Below are positions 53,437-64,000 of a stretch of DNA of 64,000 nucleotides, piece by piece. The position numbers and the translations under genes are program-made. The DNA comes from Lama guanicoe (Eukaryota). Numbering within the stretch: position 1 is the first letter of the stretch; each line of letters opens with the position of its first letter. The notes under the pieces were generated by a model. It was not told where the DNA came from. It was given only the letters and a program-made list of their open reading frames with translations, and did not search any database. The stretch spans positions 15,032,851-15,096,850 of the forward strand of contig MU056000.1 in assembly GCA_013239625.1 (NCBI GenBank), read 5' to 3'.

Positions 53437-56400
53437 AAAATGAGTTGGTTCATTGTAATGAATAGATCATGATAATTTGTCTCATAGTAAGAAGCCAAGG
53501 GATACTGGAAAACTGTGATGGTATAGGTAATTACCTAGGGTAATTAATTTGGACAAAATATTGGTACCAGCCCAATAATTCATAAGAATAAAGTTGGTTG
53601 GGGCCATGAGTGTCTTATCATAAGCAGTGATAAATCAAATTAATAATAAAAATATATAAGACTTTGTAAGTTTCTTGACTATTCACATGTAGACATGCAA
53701 TTAGTCTCAGTACACAAAATGGCTCTCTCCTACCCTCTCTCCCTGGAATGAATTTGAATAGAATATTGAAGTAAAACTATCTCAGAATCTTACAAAGGAG
53801 TGTACCCCAAGGGTTACTGTTTGGCACCATATAATTGCATGTTGATACAGAAAGTACTTTGGAAAGATCAGGCATACAGATGCCTGCAATATTGAGTGTC
53901 TCTCAGAAGTACCCAATACTAGGATTTCAGACAGGCTACATGCCACTGCAGCTACATACATACTCTTCAAAAAAAGAAAAGCAAAATGGTGACCTTTCAC
54001 TTGGCTTTAGAGGAGAGAGCGTATTGAAAGAGACCATACTTTTTTTTGACCTAAAATACCTATTATGTCATTGGTAATGTTTGAGATAGTTATATCAATA
54101 TGTAATAAACAGCTCAGCAGAACTTGCTCATAAAGTGGAAACTGCATATACCAGAGGAAACTACTGGTGATAACTCTGGAAGAATATATTATATCCGTGA
54201 GCAGTTTGTACTGGTTCTGGGACAAATGACAAAATTAGAAAGACTGATAGCTTTAATGATGAATGATATGAACTTTAGAACTGTCTCTCTTCTAAAGCAA
54301 AGCAAGCAGCCTAATGACTAATGGGAGTTCCAAATTGGGTTAAGAAAGCAGTTTGGAATTATGCAGCCATTCTCCCCGCAGATGATAAAGCATCAGTTGA
54401 AGAAGTCAAGGGCAAGAAGACAGAAAAGGCAGAATTAAGGCAATATATGTGATAATGAACTAAGAACTGGATACTCTTTGTGCACACAGGGACTCTTGGG
54501 TCCTGCTGACTCTTGAGAGCATCATTCTATGTTCAGCTGTATGGGCCAATGATACCCAGCAGATCTGCTCAGCAAGGACTGTAGGTCAGCCATGGCAGCT
54601 GTAGGTCGGATTAAAAAAGTCTCATATCCTCACTGTACTTTAGAAGAAGGCCTTTGCTTGACAGAATCATGCAAAGTAACTTAATGCTCTTGGATTTTAA
54701 TATGTCGAGACAATTCTTGCTAAACAAATTAATTATTATTGTAGTTTGTCAACTCCTGCCCTAGATGACTGGATTCTAGCAATAGCCTTGTATTGTTAAT
54801 GCAATTGTAAAATTCCATATGGAAATTTCAAGAAAGAATTAAAGTGGGTCATGTGGCCAATAACTAGTTACTAGTTCAGAAAATGGTTAAAATGCTACGA
54901 CTGATGCCTTGTTTAGGTAATGGGGAGGACCTACTTGAAAAAAGCAGCAACAGATACATTTAAAGTATACAGGAAAAGGTCACATACCTCTGTCACCTGC
55001 CAAAGCTGCTAATGTAATGAATGTCTGTATGAAATATCAACAGAATACATAGATTTGAGTATGATTCTCTGAGAACAATTTCCTCCACCTGAGAGTTATA
55101 TTATGTAGCACCCTAACCAGGAAATCCAAGTGGCTTGAAATAGATCCTGCCTGTAATAGATACGCAATCCATTTTGGATTCTGCTTACTTTTTAGCTGAA
55201 TCAACAGCATAGAATCCTATTAAGAGTGTGGAAAAAAAGTATTTTGCAGCAATTTGTTCTCCCCAGCTATATCCTCCTCTAAATTATAAGAACTAGGAAT
55301 ACAGTTTCCTGCTGCCAATATTCTAAACTGTTCCATAAAGCACTGTATCATATGGATGTACGCTGTCTTTTATGGCCTGCAAGTTATTTGTTTGAGAACT
55401 GGGACAGAAAACTCACTATCTGTTAATAGAAATCGGAAAACAGTACATATAAAACGTGTTAGCTGGCACAGATGGATAAGTTCGTTCTTCATCTGAATGT
55501 GAGGGTGAAAAAGGGGACACATTTGAAAAGGTTTATGGGGATGGAGTACTTGGAATGAAGGAGTATAGGACCACATGATCAGCCTTTCTGTTTTTCCATT
55601 CTCTTGGAACAGAGTGTGTCCAGGATTGCTTTGTGTGACCTGGCAGAGTGAAGCACTGGTGTTTACAGCACTTTTGCAGTATCTCTAATCTTGCCTGTGA
55701 ATTGTCTAAAGTAAAATGAACTGGAGTGTAATTTTATCTTATTGGCTAAACTAGAACCAAATGGTGGTAAGTAGTGACAACTAACTAATTATAGAGATGG
55801 CCCCATCATCCTTTATCTCCTTACTGAGAAAAGGCAATATAAGAAGATGCAGGCGTTGTAGTTGTGCTACCTGAACTGGGGATGGGCAGCATGGCTGAAG
55901 TCATTTTGGTTACTGATTCTGGGTTGAGATTGGTTATAAGCTGAAAGTAGGAAAGGGGAAAATTCTGGCAGTTGATCATGAAGCATGTAAAAAAGAAATT
56001 TTGCTGTAGAAAATACCCTCACTGTTTTTTTCTCACCATACTATCTTAGAGAGGAATAATATATCTTATTGCTACTTTCAGATGTGATGCCAAGACACAG
56101 CTGCTGCTGAGAAAGGTCTGAGGTTTGATTTCTTTTAAGAAGAATAATTATACGTAAGCCACTTACAAGAATTTTTCAAGGCCCCTGTATATGTGCTTAA
56201 GAGAAATGACACTAATTAGCATCATTTAATCATCAGTCTCAGTAACAACTGTTTGATATTACTGATTGGGTTAATTTTTTGATTATGCTTACTATATTCT
56301 TCCAAAGACTTGAAAGCATGATTACTTTTGAACCAGGAGGGGCATTTTGATGCTGTCAGTGGTTAAGCTAATACACTGGGTTGTTGTGAACCAGGATGAC

Positions 56401-57659
56401 ACATCGTTAAGGCAAGTATCTGAATATGAAGGGACACACATCACTGCTGCTGTTTGGTGCAGCAGCCCCTCTACTGCTCCTTTAACTACTCCGGATGAAA
56501 AATGGGGTTGGACCACTACACAGGCCAGCATGGGGTCTGCGTAGGTGAACTGGTATGGCATGGTGGCCAAATATCTCTAACTTTTCACACCAACTACTCA
56601 AGAAGGACAATTTTGAGAAACCTTATGACCTACTCAGATGTAACTCTGCCGATTGGTAAAATATTCTCAACTAATAACATCTCAGAGGACACAACATTGT
56701 TGGCACATTCAAAACACTTTGATAATATTTAGGCCTCATAATGCAGGGGCGACATTATTTAAAGTGGCAAAACCAACACTGGTCCAAGGTCTTAGGGGTC
56801 TTATAATTTGGTGTGTTACTGAAGGGTAGATTATCTTTCTGGACATCTACTAAATGGCTGAGAGGATCTTATTATTAAACCAGTTAAGGACACTAGGGGA
56901 AGTTTTATAGGAGTGTAGAAGAACATGGCATTGGCCAAGTACCAAACTAAGCTGTCTACAACACTAAAAGATACAAAAAAAAAGATATTAGAAGGACAAC
57001 CAGCAATCTTAGCCACCAGTGCAAGTCTTTAAAAGGCTTAGAAAAGGAATTTTGGTGCAAATACCATTTAACTTAGGTGTTGAAAGATGAGTAGAAACTA
57101 AGACATCAAACATGGGGAAATTCATGTCAAATAAGCTGCATTAAAAAAAGTATGAATTTTAAAGTGATATTGAAAATGTAAGACATGCTGAACGCCTTTG
57201 TTTTCATTATCAAGTTAACTCGAAATCAAGTTCTCACACACTGAGGTACACAATAAGTATTCCATTTTACGATTTGCTGAAGTCATTCATCACATTCCGT
57301 CCCAATACCTGGACATGCTTTAGCTTCTGATATATTTTGCTGTACAGTTTTCCACAAACCAGATCCATTCTCTCACCATCTCCATAGAATTGTCCCAAGG
57401 AGCAAATGTACTTTCTTGAGGTAAAAGAAGGCATAAAATAATTGTCATTGACTGACAATCATCTGAGAGCTGGAATAGAGAATGAATTTCTCAAGGATTA
57501 CTCTATCATATTAAATATTTAATAATTGATTATAATGCATATTATGCATAAACAAAGACAGGATCATAAAAGCCTGAAGGAATACCTAGATAAAAATTTC
57601 AATGGAAAATGTGTAGGAAGAACTAAAGGCTGGGTCTCCAATGTATAATATTGACAAAT

Positions 57660-57815
57660 GTTATTTGATATATACTTATATGTTATATAATATATACATA
57701 TACTGTATATATATTTATGATATATGTGTATATTATGTATCATTAATATTAATATATCAACATGTTATATGTATTTCATATATAAATGTATGAATATATA
57801 CATATGTGCATACAT
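57660..57815. repeat. AT-rich (TA)n low-complexity tract
   Basis: Read directly. Confidence 0.85.
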
Positions 57816-57994
57816 GAGAAGTAAAGTAAAATAGATAACTGTACCAGAAAGCTCAACATCCAAAAGAAAAAAGCAGAAAATACTTGATTTTCAATCTTTT
57901 TTCCTCTCTCCCGCTATTTTTTAAAAAAATTCTGGTATCACATATTTTGCTTTATCAGCTATGTGTGTGCCTCTGTGTGTGTGTGCTTGTTTTC

Positions 57995-58562
57995 TTGTGG
58001 ATACTATTTATTGCTGTGTAAAAAGTCATCCCAGTACTTGTCAATATAAACCAACACATGCTTATTCTCTGTATTACCTCCCAGTTCCTGTGGGTCTGGA
58101 CTCTGGGCGTGACTTGACTGGGTCTTGAGTCTGGAAATGGCTCAGCTTCAGAGTCTCTCACAAGAGGGAAATCAAGATCTTGTCCACTGCTGGGGTCTGG
58201 CAGTTTAACTAGGGACGTGCTCACTTCTAACTCACGTTCATGGTTGTTGGCAGGCTACTGTTCCTCAAGAACTATTGGACTAAGAGCCTTAGTTTCCTGC
58301 TGGCTGTTGCCAGAGGATGCCACTCAGTTTCCTGGCACAAGGGCCACTCCAACAAGATAGGTTGCTTCAGACAAAGCTTGTACATTAAGTAATAGAGGGA
58401 GTCTGACATCAAGATGAAAATAGTTTAATCACTGACGTGGCATCCCCCTTAAAATTTTCCTCTTTTGTTTTTTAGAAGCAAATTATTCAACAAGAGAGAT
58501 TCAAGCAAGGTCATGAATACCAGGGCCAGGGGTAGGGGCAGTCTTGGAGGCTGCCTAACACA
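57995..58562 (-). mobile_element. MLT1E-like solo LTR
   Basis: 'ttattgctgtgtaa', 'catggttgttggcagg', 'ccttagtttcctgctggctgttg' and terminal 'ttggaggctgcctaacaca'. Confidence 0.85.
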
Positions 58563-59230
58563 GGTTGAGACTATGTGAGCTGAGTTCTCTTGTTACATAG
58601 ATTCTCGTTGAAGGCTTGGTTTGATTTTCCTGATTTTTGTTTTGTTCTGTTTTGATTTGTCTTATACCTTTACTTTCTAAAATTGACTATTTAAAAATTA
58701 ATTTAATTTTCTTCTTCACAACAGCCTTTTACCTCCTGGCTGCATGCTCATTTAAAAACTTTGTGTTCTTGGGCAAAGCTTGCAAGGCAGATTTCTTTCC
58801 TATGTGGTCTGATTAGGCTGTTTGGGTATTTCAGATTTTCAAGAGTTTCTTTCTACTTTTCTTTGTTTTCATACTTGCTTCCTTCCTCCCATAATTCGGG
58901 CCTTTTGTAGAGGAATATTTTATTCTTCTGACTGTACAATCCTTGATTGTTTTGAGCCTGGTAAGGAAATTGAATTAGGATTAAGAATTGTTTTCACCAT
59001 TCAGTTAATAGATTTCTTTGACTGCTCCTATTAGTGTAAGATATGTGATTCACATCTGTACATGATTTTCCCTTTTTCATGTTTCATATGTTTTACTTAC
59101 TCCAAGGAACAGGCCTCTAATTTTCTCCCTGCCTTCAGGGGGACAATTGTCTTTCTGTCTATGTTGATAGAAATTTTTGTCTTTTTTGGAATCAGACTTC
59201 TAAATAGTATTTGTTTTCTGCCCTACTTTA

Positions 59231-59386
59231 TTTTTTATTTTAATTTATTATTATATTATTTAATAATTTTATTTTGGTGGGGGTCATGTAATTAAGTTTA
59301 TGTTCAGAGAAGGTACTGGGGATTGAACCCAGGACCTCATGCATGCTAAGCACGCCTGCTACCACTGAGCTATACCCTCCCTGCTG
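59231..59386 (-). mobile_element. tRNA-Ala-derived SINE (camelid Vic-1-like), full length
   Basis: Minus strand GGGAGGGTATAGCTCAGTGG (A box)...CTTAGCATG...GGTTCAATCC (B box); AT-rich tail; perfect 12-bp TSD TGCCCTACTTTA at 59219-59230 and 59387-59398. Confidence 0.9.
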
Positions 59387-62300
59387 TGCCCTACTTTAAA
59401 CTCCACTCTCTGTGGCGATTGCTGCGCCTACTTCATACACCGTCTGGAGTTTATTTATACAAATCAGAATTCTCCCAATATTGTTCAAAAAAGGTTTAAA
59501 CTTTTATGAATTGTCTAAATCAATTATATCTTGTCTATTCTCTTTCCAGACTTATATTGCTGCTATTTTAATTTTTCTAATTCTTTGTTGGTTTATGTTT
59601 TTTTATTTTATAACTTTATTATTTTTCTAGTGAATCTTAGGGGAAAATGGAAGTAAACACATATGTTCAATCCAACTGTCTTTTCCAGATGTCTTTTGTT
59701 TTATTATTATTTTTTATATTCAGCCTCAAATTACTTCATACATCTCTGCAAAATTAATGTTCCATTACTTTATCCATGTCTTGCTTAGTGCATTTTAAAA
59801 CACCACTAGGATCTACAGACAGAATTCAAAGATCTTTCTTCTGGAACCACTTTCTGCTTCTGTACTTGACTCACGTTTTCTCAAACATGACACTGTCTCA
59901 TCCCATCCACACAGTGGCTAATGCCAGACTCCCAGTCAGACCACTCTTACTTTCTTCTTACCATTGTCTGAGCATATGTGCTCCTCCCCTTTACAACTGT
60001 GGGCTTCTGGAGGTTTTTTTTATTTGTTCAAGTCAGATAAGATTTAGTGTTAGGGTCAATATTTCTTCCTAAATCCACTGATTTCAAAGCATAGGCAGTT
60101 TGCATTACACAAAGATGCTCTATAAGTGGAAGTTCAAGTCTGGAATCCTCTGGATTGCATGTTTATTACAGTAAGACATTACATAACAGAGAAGGTACAA
60201 ACTTTTTTTGCAAAAATAAAAGCTCTCTGTACTTCCCTATTGTAAGTAAAAATTATATATTCAAGAGAAAGATGAGGGGAGAGGAACTGGCATGCCAGAG
60301 AATTCTTTAGGAAAAAATAAACAAAAATTTACAAATTTTCTTTATTTTTTCTATAGATTTGTGCCATTCTTTACTACAGGCATTTTATTCTAAGTAAAAT
60401 TCAATAATCTGATTTTAATATAACTGTCTATTGATTTGTATAACAAATCAGTAGTATCAACTGAAAACAATAACATCAGTTTTATCTAACTTCTAGAGAT
60501 GTGCTTAACATTTGATGCTAAGGAAGGAATTTTATAGGGAGAAATATTCTAAATTTTCTGAGATGTGAGTTCATTTGAGTTTTTTTTTAATAAAGTAAAA
60601 CCCTGAAAATATTTCCTTTTTCTGTGATTTAGAGTCTACTCCAGCAAATTGTGTCTCTAGCATATAAAATTAAATTATGAGAATCTGTTTATTTTGCTGG
60701 AATCAAAGTGAAGGTCAGATGTCACTGGTTTCTGCTTAGGAAATCCTGTGGAAAATGTTGAAACAAACAAGCTGCACCACTCCGGTTAAAGGTACTGCAC
60801 GTTATACGGGGAATTTCTGAGAACCTTGGGTTGTGACAAGAGTGAATATATAAATTTATGTGTGTTATTACTAGAAAACACCAAGACACAACTGCAAAAT
60901 AAATAAAAGCAAATATAATCTGAAAGGCCCTAGATGTTTACTTCAAAGATTGTTTCTACTTAATACACGTAATGTCTACAGCAATACTGACCATAGCGTT
61001 TTCATAGCTTATTTCATCACAATTATGTTTCTATGAATTCTCAAATATATAATGATGGCTAACTCATTTTGTTAGTTGATACAGAAGTATATAATCAGCA
61101 ATGTAAAGAACGTCTTTTAAGTATAATTGACTATCTCTTGGAAGACATTGGTTGGTAATTGTACTATTACAGATCTGTATTGTTCAATGTTTCCTTTGAG
61201 AGAAGTGTATGTCAGCATTCTCAGATAGAAATAATCCATTCTATTCTTAAGGGACTTCAGAAAACACTTAAGAAGAGCTGAAAATAACACCTGTCAATTT
61301 TTAATCAAGAAATCTGAAATATTTGTTGGATGACATGTAGATAAAGGAAAAGTAAAAACTTTAAAGTTACCTCTTACCAGAATAAATTACGCCTTTATAT
61401 CAAACCAAGAAACTACCTCAACATTACTATGTGTCAATACTGTAGAAATAACTTCTTTTTATAAAAATATTGTTGTCAATATGAAGTAATCTTTCCTGCC
61501 TCAAATTGTTTGACTTAACACTAGAGATATTTTACCTCAAATACATGCTGGTCTGCTCCCAGGACACCAACATTTACTACAATAGGATATCTTCCCTAGT
61601 TTGATTCCTTGTTATATATTATACTACATTTATTATCCATCTCTTTAGGGTAATAAAAGTGGCTTGTTATGTGTGTGGTCTTCAATAACTGCCCTTGGCT
61701 TAATCAGGGAATGAAAGGAGTGTCCAGTTGAGAAAATGCCAGAGGCATTCAAATGAGCCGTATGCCATTAGCAGGCATTATTTACTCATAAATCCCATAT
61801 TTATTGTGAGTACTTCATAATTCCAGAAGGTGATCATAAAGTTGTCTTGGCTTTGTGTTGGAACAGTGGCAAACAGAAATTGCTCTCATGAAATCGTTAG
61901 ACTGAAGCTCAGTCTGATGGTCTGAAATAGATTCTCATGTTGAAAAGAACATCAAGTTTTTGGCATTCTTCAAGCCACTCAATCCCAGTATGGAACATGG
62001 CTAAGTACTTTGTCAAAAATTCACATTGATTTTGTAGGTATATCATAGCAGGAACACTAAGAAGGTATGATTTGCTTCAGAATGGCTGGTGTGTAGTCTG
62101 CATTCACGTCATATCTTTGATGTTGCATGCATTGTTATTCCAAAATCACCTGGTAAGAACAGAATTATCTCTTTTGGACCACAAGCTATTGATTTTGAAG
62201 CTAAGCTTCTCAAATTCTCACTCATCAGGAACTTCAGAGAGAGAGAGACAGAGATAACGACATACACACGTATTTCTCAAGGTATTGAAGTGTTAAAGCA

Positions 62301-62559
62301 TTATCTGTATAATGGACCATTTCCTACTCAGCAAGTGGGAATATAATCTATTATATCCATATTTTGAAAACCATTTGGAACTATATAGGTTGACTTGTTT
62401 GTTAAGGGACTTAAAAATGAACAAAACCATTAAGCTAATCATTCCTGTTTGGGAAATCTGTTGGAGTAAGACATTCTTAAAAATGTTTGCTACAAGGAAA
62501 TTTGTTCTAATGCTACCTATAATAAGCATAAATTAGAAATATAATTATCATAGTGCATT

Positions 62560-62750
62560 ATTAATATTTATTGAGCACTTATGTGATTGACCATTGTCTA
62601 TTCCTTGCCTTATTTAATCTTATCAACAATCTAATAAGTTAGGGCCAACTGATACATACATTTTGAAAATGAAGTAACTGAATCTCAGAAGGCTTGTGTA
62701 AACTGAGCAAGTCTAGCACTTGAAACATGCTTTGAACACAAATCTGATGT
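62560..62750 (-). mobile_element. MIR remnant
   Basis: 'atttattgagcacttatg...atttaatcttatcaacaatc...cattttgaaaatgaagtaactgaatctcaga'. Confidence 0.75.
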
Positions 62751-64000
62751 TTTTAATATTTATGAGTTAGAGAACTCTAAAGTCATTTTGACTACACTGC
62801 AAAAGTCTTTAATAATAAAGTTTACTGTAAAACAACAAATTAATATGTCTGCTTGTATTTTGTATGAATCTTGCTTTCTAACTAAAACATGCAAGAAATA
62901 CTCACTGAGCTTTAAAATTAACCAATTCTTTGTCCGCAGCTTCATCAAGCAGTGTGTGTAATGAACTTACTCTCAGTGGTTCTTGAGATTTCCCTCTACC
63001 TCCAGGCAGGGATGGATTTATGGGTGAGACACGTGTGCGCTTCTGCAAGGTCAGAAAATCCTGCACTTGAGGTTGAATGCTTCGCAGCTGCAGTCTTGAA
63101 ATTCTTAGTAATGTTATTTTTTGAATTTGCATTTTGTAAGTGAATTCTGATAAAAAAAAAAATGGAGCACGTGTTGGGGATTTGAACACTGAACTCTCGA
63201 GGTCCTCACTGCCTGGGGGTTTGTGCCACACAGGTCCCCAGTCTCACTGCCTTTGCCCAGTAACCTCTGCCCCCTCCACTCCTTCTGTGTGTCGGCATCG
63301 GGATGGTGAACGGCAGTGGCAGGCCTTGCCCCAGGCTGGCAGTGCCAGGGTGGTCTGGTGGATGACTGGGTTGAACCTCTTGCCAACTCCTGCTCCAGGA
63401 CTGAGAGCACTGGAACGTGAAGGTTCTGGGCTATTATGATGTGAGGAGAGACAATGTGGCCATAAAGCTGTGAATGGTGTGACTGCTGTAAAGATACCAG
63501 CAGCCACTGGCAAGGATCCGTGTTTCTCTAACATAGCACAAAGCATAAGGCCGGAAATCTCCATGGAGGAAGAACACACACAGTGAAGAGAAAGGATCCC
63601 AGTTGTTAGTGATGCTAACAAAATAGATGGAGGGTGACGTTAGGTCCCGCAGCAAGCCCGCCCCCCATTTTATGACTGACCCCTTTTCACTATTTCCTTA
63701 TCCAAAAAAAGCAGATTTTATCTTTAATATCTCATGCTCCTTTTAGATTTATCACTGTATAATTATGCCTTTTTTTTAAAGCATATTAATAGGAAGAGAG
63801 AATGAGGTTAATTTCAGTTTGCCTTTTCTGAAATTTCATTTTAGACACAATGACTAGCTAACTATATACATCTTTATTAACAAAAACTGCTTGACCTCTT
63901 CTATTTGCTTTCACGTTTCCATGCACTCTGCACTCTGTAATACTTACTATGCAAACTTTATTTGTGCTGTACTTACCACAAAGTCTTACTCTGAGGTCAA

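Larger units (their letters stand above)
52340..56000 (+). mobile_element. Decayed class III (ERVL-superfamily) provirus internal region: pro-RT-RNaseH-IN-dUTPase
   Basis: Ordered motif remnants: LVKISCYGG (protease), KAVPPV, LNSPT, LVHCNE*IMII (53445; cf. LVHYIDDIMLI), ILGFQ..., PKIPIMSLV, AQQNLLIKWK, MTNGSS (54314), GKKTEKAELR, ILPVIDTQS (IN core) and NYRDGPIILYL (55787). Confidence 0.8.

Noticed and set aside
37673..56000. A single provirus joining the gag remnant (37.7-39.7 kb) to the pol remnant (52.3-56 kb)
   Set aside because: Strand and order fit, but the 12.6-kb interval includes an L2 tail and other very old sequence that is hard to explain as later insertions; treated as separate elements pending alignment.
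52340..57060. Domesticated retroviral gene
   Set aside because: Dense stops and frameshifts, a destroyed YxDD motif, an RNaseH Asp-to-Asn change and two L1 insertions indicate neutral decay.
59312..59381. tRNA-Ala(AGC) gene
   Set aside because: It has an AT-rich tail and perfect TSDs, and its stems are imperfect, so it is a SINE head rather than a tRNA gene.
63114..63655. Cluster of overlapping 73-125 aa ORFs as a gene
   Set aside because: Expected in locally GC-richer DNA; no recognisable domain or convincing exon structure.
1..64000. A novel multi-gene biological system
   Set aside because: No intact genes, operon-like structure or unexplained large-scale periodicity was seen; the visible structure is explained by known mammalian repeat classes.

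Overview
Mammalian nuclear DNA: AT-rich, CpG-poor by eye and dominated by interspersed repeats. It is most likely camelid, because it carries a tRNA-Ala-derived SINE resembling camelid Vic-1 and three closely related young L1 3' ends. I found no intact protein-coding gene, RNA gene, CRISPR array or prokaryote-type system. The ORF-track hits are retroelement remnants (L1, L2, ERV) or chance ORFs. The window reads as intergenic or deep-intronic sequence made of nested L2, MIR, L1M, MaLR/ERVL LTRs, ERV1 solo LTRs and one MER58-like DNA transposon. Points worth a second look: (1) a heavily decayed but collinear class III ERV fossil (pro-RT-RNaseH-IN-dUTPase, possibly env) at about 52.3-57.0 kb; (2) a mosaic pattern among three neighbouring young L1s, suggesting gene conversion, plus a shared in-frame 18-bp ORF2 deletion; (3) a twin-primed, 5'-inverted L1 with TSDs; (4) an out-of-order duplicated ERVL integrase motif. 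Repeat family names come from recalled consensus sequences, not a database search, and old-repeat boundaries are approximate. I did not find a new biological system.
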